Assembly (NCBI GenBank): GCA_029243595.1
Contig: JAQWRQ010000028.1
Location: 40,321 to 104,320 of the forward strand
Length of the DNA stretch: 64,000 nt
Direction: 5' to 3'
From: Gammaproteobacteria bacterium
Lineage (GTDB): Bacteria; Pseudomonadota; Gammaproteobacteria; PS1; Pseudothioglobaceae
The notes under the pieces are model-generated. The model was not told where the DNA came from and did no database searches. It saw only the letters and a list, made by a program, of their open reading frames with translations. A program made the position numbers and the translations under genes. Shown piece by piece: positions 49,325 to 60,155 of the stretch. Each line of letters opens with the position of its first letter. Position 1 is the stretch's first letter.

Positions 49325-50059
49325 ATGAAAAAAATATTACTTTTATCAACCCTTATTATTAACTCAATTTTTCTAAGCGGGTGCATTGTTAGCACTGCAT
49401 CAACGGTCAGTACTGCAATTTCAGTGGCTAATGAAAGACGCACCACCGGTGAGATGATTGACGATAAGACTATCGGTTTGAGATTGTTGGCTTGGTCAAC
49501 TGAAGATCAAAACCTGAGCGATGCACATGTTAACTTTATGTCATTTGATCGCATTGTATTGGTTGCAGGCGAAGCGCCAAGTGGTGAGTTGCGCAGTTAC
49601 ATTGTTAAGCAAATACAAGTAGCTGACCCAAAGGTTAGAAAAGTAATCAATGAAATTGTGATTGGCCCAAACAGTGGTTATTTGAGTCGAGTCAAAGATG
49701 CAGCGATTACAACGCAAGTTGAGATTCTTTTCCAAGACCAAGAAGTCTTCCACCCAACACATGTTAAAGTAATGACAGAAAATCAAACGGTTTACCTGAT
49801 GGGTGAGGTGACCAAACGTGAGGCAGACAAAGCCGCTAAAACAGCAGCCAAAGCCAAGGGTGTGAAAAAAGTTGTTAAACTATTTGACTACCTAAAAACC
49901 CGTCCAGCGGCTGAAATTGAACGCGACCGTCAAAGAGAATTAAATGCTCAAAAAGCAGCAGAACTTAAGCAACAACAAGCAGAACTCGATGCTAAAAAAG
50001 CTGAACTTAAAAAACAACTCAGAGCTTTGGGTGGTAACGCAGAAGGTATGCCTTTCTAG
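49325..50059 (+). CDS. BON-domain lipoprotein (YraP/DolP-like) with a C-terminal Lys/Ala/Glu/Gln-rich extension
   Basis: 244 aa. Lipobox LSGC is present, then two BON-like segments. A ~50-aa predicted coiled-coil tail follows ([40 protein letters not shown]). Confidence 0.75.
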   Translation: MKKILLLSTLIINSIFLSGCIVSTASTVSTAISVANERRTTGEMIDDKTIGLRLLAWSTEDQNLSDAHVNFMSFDRIVLVAGEAPSGELRSYIVKQIQVADPKVRKVINEIVIGPNSGYLSRVKDAAITTQVEILFQDQEVFHPTHVKVMTENQTVYLMGEVTKREADKAAKTAAKAKGVKKVVKLFDYLKTRPAAEIERDRQRELNAQKAAELKQQQAELDAKKAELKKQLRALGGNAEGMPF

Positions 50060-50667
50060 TTTGATTGTGCTCGCTTGACGGGTGCAAATGAGATTCGGTG
50101 TTGCCCTACAATAGTCCCTAAACTGTTTAACGCTTGCAAATGCACCTTGGTGCCATAACCTTTGTGTTGAGCAAAGCCATATTCTGGATAATGTTTATCC
50201 AATTCAATCATTTGCCTATCACGCGTGACTTTGGCAATAATTGATGCTGCTGATATCGCCGGCTCAGTAAGATCGCCTTTGATGATTGCTGTGCAGTTTT
50301 CCAAATCTGGGCAGCGATTACCATCAACTAATACTTGATCATATTGAGTATTTAAGTTTTCAACTGCACGGCGCATTGCTAACATGGTTGCTTGCAGAAT
50401 GTTAATCTCATCAATCTCTTCTGGAGTTGATTCGCCCACTGCCCACTGACATTGCTCAATAATTAAAGCGTATAAAACTTCTCGTTTTTTTTCAGTGAGT
50501 TTTTTTGAATCGGTCAGCTCGGGAAGGTCAAAATTATTGGGCAAGATAACCGCGCCGGCTACCACTGAACCCACTAAGGGGCCACGGCCTGCTTCATCTA
50601 CCCCAACGATAATCAAATCTATAATGCCTTGAAGCCGATATCGGTACGATAATAAGACCCAGGCCAA
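50056..50667 (-). CDS. rnhB: Ribonuclease HII
   Basis: Catalytic [11 protein letters not shown] is present, along with DSKKL, and the sequence is collinear with E. coli RnhB. The start is uncertain. The ORF-track start at 50667 is TTG and overlaps purD by 49 nt. An alternative TTG at 50616 lies 2 nt after the purD stop. Confidence 0.88.
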   Translation of the reverse strand: MAWVLLSYRYRLQGIIDLIIVGVDEAGRGPLVGSVVAGAVILPNNFDLPELTDSKKLTEKKREVLYALIIEQCQWAVGESTPEEIDEINILQATMLAMRRAVENLNTQYDQVLVDGNRCPDLENCTAIIKGDLTEPAISAASIIAKVTRDRQMIELDKHYPEYGFAQHKGYGTKVHLQALNSLGTIVGQHRISFAPVKRAQSN

Positions 50668-51884
50668 TTTACTTTATTTAGCAAGTTGTAAGCATTGGTT
50701 TGTGCCTGCTTGGTATCAGCACCGAGTGCGGTTGCACACAGTACTCGACCACCGCTACTCACAACAGCACCATTGTCCATCTTTGTACCTGCATGGAAAA
50801 CTTTGGCATCGTCATTATCTACTGGTAAACCAATCGCCTCGTCTGAGGTGTAAGCATCAGGGTAGCCATTGGCTGCTAATACTACACCCATGGCTGAGCG
50901 ATTATCCCACTCAATAGTGGCTTTATCCAATTGACCTTTGGTGGCTAATAAACATAAATCAGCCAAGTTAGACTTTAGGCGCATCATAATCGGCTGTGTT
51001 TCAGGATCGCCAAATCGGCAGTTGTATTCAAGCACTTTAGAGTTTCCACTCTCATCGATCATCAAGCCTGCGTACAAGAAACCCGTATATGAATTACCCT
51101 CTGCCGCCATCCCATCAACGGTTGGGCGGATGACAGAATCCATCACGTTTTGGAAAATTTCATCAGTGACAATTGGCGCTGGAGAGTACGCACCCATGCC
51201 ACCTGTGTTTGGGCCTTTGTCGCCATTATCACGGGCTTTATGGTCTTGCGAAGTGGCCATTGGCAGGATGTTTTTGCCATCTACCATAACGATAAAACTG
51301 GCTTCTTCGCCGACTAAGAATTCTTCCACCACCACACGAGATCCAGCTTCGCCAAAGCGATTACCCTCAAGCATATCGTTAATCGCATCAATGGCTTCGG
51401 CCTCAGTATTGGCAATAATTACGCCTTTACCTGCAGCCAAGCCATCGGCTTTAATTACAATTGGCGTGCCTTTTTCCTGTACGTATTTAACCGCTGGATC
51501 TACTTCAGTAAATACATCGTAGTAAGCGGTTGGAATATTGTTACGATCAAGAAAGTCTTTACAAAATGCTTTGGAGCCTTCGAGTTGTGACGCCGCCTCA
51601 GTTGGGCCAAAAATAGCCAAACCTTGTGCCTGAAAACGATCAACCATACCAATCACTAATGGCGCTTCAGGGCCAACAATGGTCAGGTCAACTTGGTTGT
51701 CTTTTACAAAGTTAATGAGACCGTCAATATCTTCTGATCCAACACTAATATTGGTGAGTTTGTTTTCTAGCTCGGTACCGGCATTACCCGGTGCCACAAA
51801 TACTTCTTCAACACTATCAAATTTGGCGCATTGCCAAGCCAAGGCGTGCTCGCGACCGCCGCTTCCTATTACTAATATCTTCAT
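50619..51884 (-). CDS. purD: Phosphoribosylamine-glycine ligase
   Basis: 421 aa ATP-grasp protein. N-terminal [17 protein letters not shown] is present. Collinear with PurD. Confidence 0.95.
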   Translation of the reverse strand: MKILVIGSGGREHALAWQCAKFDSVEEVFVAPGNAGTELENKLTNISVGSEDIDGLINFVKDNQVDLTIVGPEAPLVIGMVDRFQAQGLAIFGPTEAASQLEGSKAFCKDFLDRNNIPTAYYDVFTEVDPAVKYVQEKGTPIVIKADGLAAGKGVIIANTEAEAIDAINDMLEGNRFGEAGSRVVVEEFLVGEEASFIVMVDGKNILPMATSQDHKARDNGDKGPNTGGMGAYSPAPIVTDEIFQNVMDSVIRPTVDGMAAEGNSYTGFLYAGLMIDESGNSKVLEYNCRFGDPETQPIMMRLKSNLADLCLLATKGQLDKATIEWDNRSAMGVVLAANGYPDAYTSDEAIGLPVDNDDAKVFHAGTKMDNGAVVSSGGRVLCATALGADTKQAQTNAYNLLNKVNWPGSYYRTDIGFKAL

Positions 51885-52519
51885 ACGTATTCTTCAATAA
51901 ATTCTCTAAATTTCTTGTGCGACATAATCTGTGTACCATCACAGTTAAACGACATGGAAATCGTTGAATTAAATAAATTAATCACTGCCGAGCGCAAGTA
52001 ATAACCTTCTAAATTACGCAGTGCAGGAATGTGCTCAATAATATAACGCAACTCATCTTCATCGGTGAGTTGCTTCATGGTTTCGTTGCGCTCATGGAAA
52101 GCCTCTTGCCATTCTTCCGACAAATACTCGAACGCATGGTCATGCTCAAGCATATGGTAATAACGCTTAATTAACGCTTCTTTTTCATCTAAAGCAATCA
52201 TGCCAAAATGATTAAAAACATAATCAGGTACCAGTAAATCTTCGGCCAAATGCACCTCGACATTAAAAGGGTCAAACACTGATGAGGTTTTAATCTCGCC
52301 ATTATTAAGGCCGATGACAATCCGATAAACACCGGTAGACAACAACAAGAATAAAATAACCTCTAACAATTCGTCAATATTTTCATCGACTAAGTTTAGT
52401 GTGCGCTCACGGTTGTATACGCTATCACGTAAACTGCTATCACCCTTAACGCTACGCATTAGGTTTTCATCAAAACCATAGCCAACTAACGCATTTTTTT
52501 TGCTCTGTCCAGTGTTCAT
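51881..52519 (-). CDS. Hypothetical protein, 212 aa
   Basis: ORF between truB and purD on the same strand, with a 4-nt ATGA overlap with the purD start. The central region is acidic and His-rich (YYHMLEHDHAFEYLSEEWQEAFHERNE). No motif recognised. Confidence 0.65.
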   Translation of the reverse strand: MNTGQSKKNALVGYGFDENLMRSVKGDSSLRDSVYNRERTLNLVDENIDELLEVILFLLLSTGVYRIVIGLNNGEIKTSSVFDPFNVEVHLAEDLLVPDYVFNHFGMIALDEKEALIKRYYHMLEHDHAFEYLSEEWQEAFHERNETMKQLTDEDELRYIIEHIPALRNLEGYYLRSAVINLFNSTISMSFNCDGTQIMSHKKFREFIEEYV

Positions 52520-52540
52520 AACTTAGATTATAGTCAATTC

Positions 52541-53452
52541 TTAAATGAATAATCGCTTGGGTTTGATGCTGCCATCTTCATCTGGCTCACCAATGCCTAA
52601 AAACTGTTTGCAGTTGTCAAACAACTTAATCACTTCGAACGAGCCTTGTTTGCTCGAAGTGATAGATCTGCCGTATTTAATATCAATCGTTTGTTGTTCA
52701 TCTAGATAAATACTATCAATACTTGGCAACATATCTTGTGTGGCAAATATTTTTTCGTCGAGCAATTGATAATCATCGGTTGCTAAGTTTTCCAGGTCTG
52801 AAAACTTAATCGTCTGTGCAATATCAATATGCGCAAATCCAGTACGCCTAAGCGTAATCACGTGCGCACCACAACCCAACTTGTTACCAATGTCTTCAAT
52901 CAAAGTTCGAATATAAGTGCCTTTAGAACAAGACACTTCCAAACTAACAACGCCATTCTCATAACCTAAATAATCAATATGATGAATGGTGACTGGGCGT
53001 GGCGGTCTGTCAATCTCGATGCCTTGTCTGGCGAGTTTATACAGTGGCTGCCCATCTTTTTTAAGCGCTGAGTACATTGGTGGCACTTGCTCAATATCGC
53101 CAACAAACTGATTAGCAACTGTGCGAATTTCTTCATCCGTCAAGTGCTCAAAAGTCTGGGTTTTGATTATCTTGCCTTCGGCATCACCAGTATCCGTCAT
53201 TTGGCCTAGCTGTCCACGCACAAAATAACGTTTATCATCATCGAGTAAAAAGCCTGCCACCTTAGTTGCTTGGCCCAAGCAAATTGGCAAAATGCCACTG
53301 GCTAAAGGATCTAGTGCACCCGTATGACCTGCTTTCTTAGCAAAGAATAATCGTTTGACTTTTTGTAAGGCGGCGTTCGAACTTAAACCAGTGTCTTTAT
53401 CAAGCAAGACAATGCCATTAATTTCTCTGCCTTTTGGATTGCGCCTAGACAT
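52541..53452 (-). CDS. truB: tRNA pseudouridine55 synthase
   Basis: 303 aa. Catalytic GHTGALDPLASG motif is present. Conserved position after rbfA. Confidence 0.95.
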   Translation of the reverse strand: MSRRNPKGREINGIVLLDKDTGLSSNAALQKVKRLFFAKKAGHTGALDPLASGILPICLGQATKVAGFLLDDDKRYFVRGQLGQMTDTGDAEGKIIKTQTFEHLTDEEIRTVANQFVGDIEQVPPMYSALKKDGQPLYKLARQGIEIDRPPRPVTIHHIDYLGYENGVVSLEVSCSKGTYIRTLIEDIGNKLGCGAHVITLRRTGFAHIDIAQTIKFSDLENLATDDYQLLDEKIFATQDMLPSIDSIYLDEQQTIDIKYGRSITSSKQGSFEVIKLFDNCKQFLGIGEPDEDGSIKPKRLFI

Positions 53453-53463
53453 CTGGCAATGCG

Positions 53464-53802
53464 TTAAAGTTTAGATAATAAATCTTCGATTCTAGCGCCA
53501 GTATTTGGCGCAGGATCGAAGATAAACCTTAGTGCTGGTGTATGACGAAGATCTAGTGTTTTTGACAAGCGCGAACGGAAAAAACCACTGGCTTTATTTA
53601 ATAAGATTTCAATCGCTGCTTGGTCTGATTCTGGCACAGTGTAAAACACCCTGGCACTACCCAGATCACGACTAGACAACACATCCGTTATACTTACCGA
53701 TTGTAGTCTTGGATCTTTGGTTTCGTTTTTTAATAGCGTTACTAATTCTCGACGAATTAGTTCATTAACACGTTCAATTCGATAGGAGGGTTGGTCTGCC
53801 AC
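53464..53802 (-). CDS. rbfA: Ribosome-binding factor A
   Basis: 112 aa. Has the RVNELIRRELV pattern and lies after infB. Confidence 0.9.
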   Translation of the reverse strand: MADQPSYRIERVNELIRRELVTLLKNETKDPRLQSVSITDVLSSRDLGSARVFYTVPESDQAAIEILLNKASGFFRSRLSKTLDLRHTPALRFIFDPAPNTGARIEDLLSKL

Positions 53803-53821
53803 TAGCTACTAAAACGTATCT

Positions 53822-56242
53822 TTATAGACTACGCGCAGTCTCAATACGCTCAAATACTTCGATCTGGTCGCCTGGCTGAACATCGTTGTAGCCCGCCACA
53901 CCAATACCACATTCAGTGCCTGATTTAACTTCTTTAACATCGTCTTTAAAGCGTCTTAGAGATTCTAGCTCGCCTTCAAAGATAACCACACTCTCACGCA
54001 ATACACGGATTGGTGAATCTTTTCTAACCACGCCTTCTTCAACCATACAGCCCGCGATATCGCCCAATTTTTGTGAACGAAAAACATCCTTCACGTTGGC
54101 AATACCAATGATATTTTCACTTAATGCTGGGCTTAACAAGCCACTCATGATGGCTTTCACATCATCAATTAAGTTATAGATGATTGAATAATACTCAATA
54201 CGTACGCCTTCAGCATCCGCTGTCTTACGTGCAACTGTGTCGGCACGTACATTAAAACCAAGCACCAAAGCTTCTGAAGTTGCTGCCAAATTAATGTCAG
54301 TATTATTAATACCGCCCACACCGCTTGAAACTACTTTAACACGCACCTCGTCAGTCGATAACTCTTCTAACGCCTCTACCAATGCTTGTGCTGATCCTCG
54401 TACATCAGATTTCAACAATACGTTAACCGTAGAAACATCGCCTTCTTCCATTTTTTGTAGGAAGTTTTCCATTTTCGACGCTTGTTGTTTTTGTAATTCT
54501 GCTTCACGTTCTTTGGATTTTCTAAAGTCAGCTACTTCACGTGCTTTACGCTCACTTTCAACCACCAATACTTCATCACCAGAATTTGGTATGCCTGACA
54601 AGCCAAGCACCTCTACTGGTGTCGATGGGCCGGCTTCTTTAAGAACCTTGCCTTGGTCATCAACAATTTGTTTAACTTTTCCGTATTCTAGGCCAGCGAT
54701 CATAATATCGCCTTTTTTCAAAGTGCCTGATTGCACTAAGATAGTTGTTACCTTGCCACGGCCTTTTTCTAAACGAGCCTCTAATACTGTGCCATTTGCT
54801 GGGCCTTTAATAACGGCAGAAAACTCCAATACTTCTGCTGTTAAAGTGATTGCCTCAAGCAGTGCATCAATACCTTCGCCGGTATGTGCTGAAACTGGAA
54901 TCATCATCACATCGCCACCCCAGTCTTCTGAAATAACGTCATGTGTTGAAAGCACTTGCTTGATCTTATCAAGATCAGCGCCGTCTTTATCAATTTTATT
55001 AATTGCAACAATTACTGGCACACCCGCTTGTTGAGAGTGCTTAATTGATTCAATTGTTTGTGGCATTACACCATCATCCGCTGCAACCACTAGGATAATA
55101 ATATCGGTTGAGTTTGCACCACGAGAGCGCATTTTAGAAAACGCTGCATGTCCTGGTGTGTCAATAAAAGTAATCTTTCCGTTGTCAGTATCAACTTGAT
55201 ACGAGCCAATATGCTGAGTAATACCGCCGGCTTCACCATCAGCCACTTTGGCTTTACGAATGTAATCTAGTAGAGAAGTCTTACCGTGGTCAACATGACC
55301 CATGATGGTTACCACTGGCGGCCTTAAGCTTTCATCACCTGTTGGCTTTGCTTTTTCAACTAATTTGTCTTCAATGGTTTCTTCAACTGCAGCAACACCT
55401 TTGTGCCCCATTTCTTCAACCACTAACAAAGCAGTATCTTGGTCGATCACATCATTTAGCGTTACCATAACGCCCATACCCATTAGCACCTTTAGCACTT
55501 CTCCGGCTTTGGTGGTCATTTTTTGGGCTAAATCACTGACTTTGATATTTTCTGGTACTGCAATATCGTGCATTACTTTTTCAACCGGCTTTTGGAAGCC
55601 GTGCTGTGCTTGTTCTTCTTGAATCTTTTGGCTTAAGCGCGTTCTGTCTTTCTTCTTTAGCTTTCGATTTGGGTTGTGTTTAGCCACATGTAGCTGTCGA
55701 CGTCCGTTATTACTAGGTGCGTTACGCAAACGTTTTGGCTTTTTATCTTCAGTAGAAGCAGGGGCTTTGGCTTTACTGGCAGCTTCTTCTTTCGCTTTTT
55801 GTTTGGCAGTTTCTTGCTGTTCTTTTTGCGATTTCTCTTTGTCTTTTTGCAAACGTGTCATCTCTTGACGTTTGGCATCTTGTGCTAATAATTTTTCATC
55901 TGCATCACGGCCTACCTCTAACGCTGCTTGCGCTTTAAGTGCCGCTTCATTGTCAACAGAATCATTGACTTGAGGCGCTGCTTTTTTAACACGACTTTTC
56001 TTAACTTGCACTTTAATGCCACCAGCGCTTGCGCTTGACTTGGCGCTAGGCTTGCGTGAGACCGACATGCTCGATTTGCTGGTTGAGCGCTTTGACAAAC
56101 TGCCCATCAAAATTTTCCGTTCTTCAGCTGAGATTTCAGAATCTGCCGTTTTGCCATCAATGCCGACATTCGCCAAGATTGAAATGACTTCGTCTGGAGT
56201 CTTTTTCAGTAATTTAGATAACGTTTGAACTGTGTGTGCCAT
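53822..56242 (-). CDS. infB: Translation initiation factor IF-2
   Basis: 806 aa. The N-terminal region is low-complexity and rich in Lys, Ala and Glu. The G domain carries [17 protein letters not shown] and NKID. Confidence 0.95.
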   Translation of the reverse strand: MAHTVQTLSKLLKKTPDEVISILANVGIDGKTADSEISAEERKILMGSLSKRSTSKSSMSVSRKPSAKSSASAGGIKVQVKKSRVKKAAPQVNDSVDNEAALKAQAALEVGRDADEKLLAQDAKRQEMTRLQKDKEKSQKEQQETAKQKAKEEAASKAKAPASTEDKKPKRLRNAPSNNGRRQLHVAKHNPNRKLKKKDRTRLSQKIQEEQAQHGFQKPVEKVMHDIAVPENIKVSDLAQKMTTKAGEVLKVLMGMGVMVTLNDVIDQDTALLVVEEMGHKGVAAVEETIEDKLVEKAKPTGDESLRPPVVTIMGHVDHGKTSLLDYIRKAKVADGEAGGITQHIGSYQVDTDNGKITFIDTPGHAAFSKMRSRGANSTDIIILVVAADDGVMPQTIESIKHSQQAGVPVIVAINKIDKDGADLDKIKQVLSTHDVISEDWGGDVMMIPVSAHTGEGIDALLEAITLTAEVLEFSAVIKGPANGTVLEARLEKGRGKVTTILVQSGTLKKGDIMIAGLEYGKVKQIVDDQGKVLKEAGPSTPVEVLGLSGIPNSGDEVLVVESERKAREVADFRKSKEREAELQKQQASKMENFLQKMEEGDVSTVNVLLKSDVRGSAQALVEALEELSTDEVRVKVVSSGVGGINNTDINLAATSEALVLGFNVRADTVARKTADAEGVRIEYYSIIYNLIDDVKAIMSGLLSPALSENIIGIANVKDVFRSQKLGDIAGCMVEEGVVRKDSPIRVLRESVVIFEGELESLRRFKDDVKEVKSGTECGIGVAGYNDVQPGDQIEVFERIETARSL

Positions 56243-56299
56243 AATGCTTGCCTATGTTTTTATTTGTTTTTAATTAAGTTTTTTCTGTCTTAACTTAAT

Positions 56300-57775
56300 T
56301 TAATCAAACCATCCTTCATTTTCTCTTGCGGTCATAATAACAGCCGATGCCGCTTCAGTGTCCATATCTTGAATGTCTAATAACTCATCGATTGATAATT
56401 CTGCTAGGTCGTCTACTGTTGCGATATCTGATTCAATTAATGCTTGCGCCAGATCTTCACTCACACCCTCGACACTCATCAATACTTCAGAAGATTCTGC
56501 ATCGCCTAATGCCTGCACTAACTGTGCGTCAGAAGCGCGCTCTTGTAATTCTTCAACCATAGAAGCGTCGAACTCTTCAATGCCTTCTAAACTAGAGGCA
56601 TCCGCATCAGCAACCTCATCAACACTACCAAAGCCCTCATCGATTAATACGCCTGCTACTTCGGAATCAACACCTAACTTTTCAGCTAATTTTTCACTGG
56701 TTTTTTGGTTTTCTTCCGCTTGCTTGTCGTCTGACTCACCCACTGACATAACATTAAGCTTCCAACCGGTTAGACGTGAAGCCAATTTAATGTTCTGACC
56801 ACCACGACCAATAGCCAAGGCTAGTTGATCATCTTCAACAGCAATATCCATTGAATTTTTGTCTTCATCAACGATGATAGCGCTTACTTCAGCAGGCGCC
56901 ATCGCATTGATTACAAACTGAGCAGGGTCTTCATCCCAAAGAATGATATCCACACGCTCACCGTTAAGTTCGTTTGATACAGCCTGTACACGTGCACCAC
57001 GCATACCAATACAAGAGCCAATTGGATCAAGGCGCTTGTCTTTTGCTTTAACAGCTAATTTTGAACGCAAACCAGGGTCGCGACTACCGCCCATAATTTC
57101 AATCACACCTTCAGAAATCTCTGGCACTTCCATTTCGAATAATTCAATCATCATCTCAGGCACTGTACGACTTAAGAAAATTTGCGCACCACGTGGAGAG
57201 GATTTCACCTCTTTAATGTAGGCTCTTAAACGATCATTTTTACGTACCGATTCGTTTGGAATTAGGTCAAATTTAGAAATCATGCCATCAACACCACCCA
57301 TATCAACATAGGCATTACCTCGATCAACACGCTTAACGGTTACCATGATGACCTCGCCAACACGTTTGGTGTAATCTTCAACAATGACTTCTCTTTCAGC
57401 TTCACGTACTTTTTGAATGATAACTTGTTTTACGATTTGAGCGGCAATACGGCCAAATTCTTCAGTTGCCATTGGCTCACGCACAAAGTCATCAACCGCT
57501 ATACCATTCGCATCTTTGGCATGAATATGTAACTCTGTATCAAACTCAGTACCATCATCGTCAACAAAGTTCTCACCGTCTTCGATTACCATCCACTGTC
57601 TAAAGGTATTAAACTCACCGGTTTTTCTGTCAATTTCAACATGCGCATCAATATTGTTGCGTTTCTTTGTTGCAACGGCTAACGCCTCTTCCAAAGACTC
57701 AAGTACATCCTCTTGCGAGATGTTTTTCTCATTAGAAATTGCCTCAACCATTAAAAATAATTCTTTACCTTCCAC
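56300..57775 (-). CDS. nusA: Transcription termination/antitermination factor NusA
   Basis: 491 aa with a GTG start. The N-terminus aligns with E. coli MNKEILAVVEAVSNEK. S1 and KH domains and the acidic C-terminal repeats are present. Confidence 0.95.
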   Translation of the reverse strand: MEGKELFLMVEAISNEKNISQEDVLESLEEALAVATKKRNNIDAHVEIDRKTGEFNTFRQWMVIEDGENFVDDDGTEFDTELHIHAKDANGIAVDDFVREPMATEEFGRIAAQIVKQVIIQKVREAEREVIVEDYTKRVGEVIMVTVKRVDRGNAYVDMGGVDGMISKFDLIPNESVRKNDRLRAYIKEVKSSPRGAQIFLSRTVPEMMIELFEMEVPEISEGVIEIMGGSRDPGLRSKLAVKAKDKRLDPIGSCIGMRGARVQAVSNELNGERVDIILWDEDPAQFVINAMAPAEVSAIIVDEDKNSMDIAVEDDQLALAIGRGGQNIKLASRLTGWKLNVMSVGESDDKQAEENQKTSEKLAEKLGVDSEVAGVLIDEGFGSVDEVADADASSLEGIEEFDASMVEELQERASDAQLVQALGDAESSEVLMSVEGVSEDLAQALIESDIATVDDLAELSIDELLDIQDMDTEAASAVIMTARENEGWFD

Positions 57776-57788
57776 GTCTTTCTCCTGC

Positions 57789-58250
57789 TTAAAAGTTGGC
57801 GACTAAATTCGCCTTTTCAATTAACTCAATGTCCAGCATCACTGGACCTAATTCTGTTACTAATTCAACACTATTATCAGTTTCACTGACACTGCCAATA
57901 GCGCCAACAAATTTTCTTTGTCCGTTGATTGGTCTAACCAATCGTAATTTAATATCGTGGCCTAAAAAGCGCTGATAATGCCCAATATGAAACAAGGGGC
58001 GCTCTACGCCTGGTGATGACACTTCTAAATTGTACTGGTTTGTAATAGGGTCTTCCACATCTAGAATCGCACTAACTTGTCTTGACACTGTTTCGCAATC
58101 ATCAACACCAATACCGTTATCTGAGTCGATATAGATCCTCAAAGTGCTGTGCTTACCACTAGCAACATATTCGATACCCACAAGCTCATAGCCCATGTCA
58201 TTAATCACTGGATTGATTAATACTTGGATTTTGTCAGCAATTTTTGCCAT
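57789..58250 (-). CDS. rimP: Ribosome maturation factor RimP
   Basis: 153 aa. Occupies the conserved position upstream of nusA and contains LEVSSPG. Confidence 0.9.
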   Translation of the reverse strand: MAKIADKIQVLINPVINDMGYELVGIEYVASGKHSTLRIYIDSDNGIGVDDCETVSRQVSAILDVEDPITNQYNLEVSSPGVERPLFHIGHYQRFLGHDIKLRLVRPINGQRKFVGAIGSVSETDNSVELVTELGPVMLDIELIEKANLVANF

Positions 58251-58270
58251 TAATTCGTCATCAAATAAAA

Positions 58271-58298
58271 CTTAATAAAAACCCCCTAAAAAGGGGGT
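58271..58298 (-). terminator. Hairpin (partial terminator/attenuator) between tRNA-fMet and rimP
   Basis: ACCCCC-taaaaa-GGGGGT, followed on the minus strand by ttttatt. It occupies the same place as the leaky terminator in the E. coli metY-rimP-nusA-infB operon. Confidence 0.6.
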
Positions 58299-58306
58299 CG
58301 TAATTT

Positions 58307-58383
<77 letters not shown>

Positions 58384-58395
58384 CTAAAGGCGGCA

Positions 58396-58424
58396 ATAAT
58401 ACGCTCTTATGCTGAATAAGTCCA
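58396..58424 (-). promoter_or_regulatory. Candidate promoter of the metY-rimP-nusA-infB operon (TGGACT-17-TATTAT) with GC-rich discriminator
   Basis: On the minus strand, -35 lies at 58424-58419, followed by a 17-nt spacer and -10 at 58401-58396. The discriminator tgccgcc follows. The tRNA 5' end lies 12 nt after the -10. Confidence 0.45.
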
Positions 58425-58472
58425 GCAAAATTTTAAGTTAATTCAAAGACTTTACTAAAGTCGGTTTAAATT

Positions 58473-58757
58473 CTACAGGCTAGATTTTTCAATATGGCTA
58501 GCACCGTGAACTTTAATCTTGTAGCCTTGTGCCACTAAGTGTTTAACGTAGAGCTTATTGTATGTAAAGAAAAAAACAATATTTGCTAGGCCTAATGTCA
58601 ATACGCATAAAGGCGCCATCAAAATTACTGACTTCCAGTCACGACGATAAATCGCAGGGCAGAAAAATAAGCACAACGAAGTCCAAGAAAAACCCACAGG
58701 GGCGTATTTCACTTCTCCAGTTTCAGCGTTTGTTAGCGTCAGTGTTGTGTAAGCCAA
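58473..58757 (-). CDS. Small membrane protein, DUF2628-like
   Basis: 94 aa with two TM segments. The GFSWTSLCLFFCPAIYRRDW pattern resembles DUF2628 family members. Judged by eye. Confidence 0.5.
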   Translation of the reverse strand: MAYTTLTLTNAETGEVKYAPVGFSWTSLCLFFCPAIYRRDWKSVILMAPLCVLTLGLANIVFFFTYNKLYVKHLVAQGYKIKVHGASHIEKSSL

Positions 58758-58837
58758 ATTTATCTTCTCCTCAAGCAGGTTATTGTACCCATTTTTGATT
58801 ATCTTTCAATACCCCAATCCAAAGTATAATATAGCCC

Positions 58838-59788
58838 ATGAAAATAGCTGTACTCATGGATGATATTGGCAATATCAATCCAAAAAAAGACTCGTCACTA
58901 GCGATGATGCTTGAGGCTTCACGTCGTGGCTGGGATATTTACACCTTTGACACTAACGATTTATTTGTAGTAAAAGGTGTTGTCTATGCGCATGCGTCGC
59001 AGACTAGCGTTAAAGATGAATCTAAGCATTGGTTTAAAAAACAACCGTTAATCCAGGCACTTAAACTGAGTGACCTTGATGTCATCTTAATGCGCAAAGA
59101 CCCGCCTTTTGACATGGATTATATTTATGCCACTTATTTGCTAGAGCAAGCTGAGAACACAGGCGTTCTGGTCGTTAACAAACCACAATCGCTTAGAGAT
59201 GCCAATGAAAAGTTATTTGCACTCAACTTTGCACATTGTATGCCATCAACACTAATCAGCACTCAGATAGATCAAATTAAATCTTTTATTAAGGCAGAAA
59301 AAACCGTTGTAGTGAAGCCACTCGACGGCATGGGTGGTGCCGACATATTTAAACTGAATGATGGTGATAATAATATTGATGAAGTACTCGATTATCTAAC
59401 CCATCAAGGTACGCGTCAAATCATGGTGCAAGAATTTTTAGCTGATATTATTAAAGGCGATAAACGCATTTTACTAATTAACGGAGAACCAATTGATTAC
59501 GCCTTGGCACGTATGCCTGCCAAAGGCAGTTTTAAGGGTAATTTAGCAGCAGGTGCAACAGGTGTTGGCCAGCCTTTAAGTGACAGAGATCGTTACTTAT
59601 GTGAGCAAATTGGCCCTACCTTAAAAGACAAAGGCTTGATGTTTGTTGGGCTTGATGTGATTGGTGATTACATTACTGAGATCAATGTCACTAGCCCCAC
59701 TTGTATCCGCGAGCTTGATGCGCAATTTAACCTTAATATTGCCGGTGTGTTATTCGATGCTATTGAGCAGCAAATAAATAACGCGTAA
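58838..59788 (+). CDS. gshB: Glutathione synthetase (ATP-grasp)
   Basis: 316 aa, collinear with E. coli GshB (MKI..LMD.I..IN.KKDSS.AMMLEA..RGW, then EINVTSPT). Confidence 0.95.
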   Translation: MKIAVLMDDIGNINPKKDSSLAMMLEASRRGWDIYTFDTNDLFVVKGVVYAHASQTSVKDESKHWFKKQPLIQALKLSDLDVILMRKDPPFDMDYIYATYLLEQAENTGVLVVNKPQSLRDANEKLFALNFAHCMPSTLISTQIDQIKSFIKAEKTVVVKPLDGMGGADIFKLNDGDNNIDEVLDYLTHQGTRQIMVQEFLADIIKGDKRILLINGEPIDYALARMPAKGSFKGNLAAGATGVGQPLSDRDRYLCEQIGPTLKDKGLMFVGLDVIGDYITEINVTSPTCIRELDAQFNLNIAGVLFDAIEQQINNA

Positions 59789-60155
59789 GCACCACGCCCA
59801 GCCCTGCTGCTGATAACGACAATAATACATTCAATAGAATATTAAGGCTAGCCTGTCCATAATGCCCCAAGCCAATCATTTCAATTGATTCCCAAGAAAG
59901 TGTTGACATGGTGGTCAATGACCCTGTTAAACCAATCAGTAACAACAAGCGATAGGCTTCGTGTAATGCCGCTTTTTCTAAAATAATCACCACCAACATA
60001 CCCGCTAAGAACGAACCAACAATATTGGCACTCAACGTACCATAAGGGAAAGCTGGTCCAAACGTTGTATTCATAAATTGCGTTAGGTAATAACGCACAC
60101 TTGCGCCAATGGTTGCACCAACACCGATGGCTAAAACTGTTGGGAAAAAAGTCAT
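59760..60155 (-). CDS. crcB: Fluoride ion channel CrcB/FluC
   Basis: 131 aa with four TM helices and CrcB family motifs (GA..R, FPYGTL..N..G, G..GSLTT.ST). Confidence 0.85.
   Translation of the reverse strand: MTFFPTVLAIGVGATIGASVRYYLTQFMNTTFGPAFPYGTLSANIVGSFLAGMLVVIILEKAALHEAYRLLLLIGLTGSLTTMSTLSWESIEMIGLGHYGQASLNILLNVLLSLSAAGLGVVLTRYLFAAQ

Noticed and set aside
54237-55034. Long antisense ORFs inside housekeeping genes. These are the 265 aa ORF in infB, plus 50938-51522 in purD, 56373-56798 in nusA, 2496-2849 in the SCP2 gene, 15575-15973 in aprM, 16935-17348 in sat and 41888-42193 in gap.
   Set aside because: Each lies wholly inside a strongly supported gene on the other strand. Their translations are Ser/Thr/Pro/Ala-rich with no motifs. 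This is the typical frame-shadow effect of coding DNA.
55580-56060. Repetitive Lys/Ala/Glu/Gln-rich coding region, considered as a possible repeat element.
   Set aside because: It corresponds to the normal low-complexity N-terminal region of IF-2. It is in frame and continuous with the G domain.
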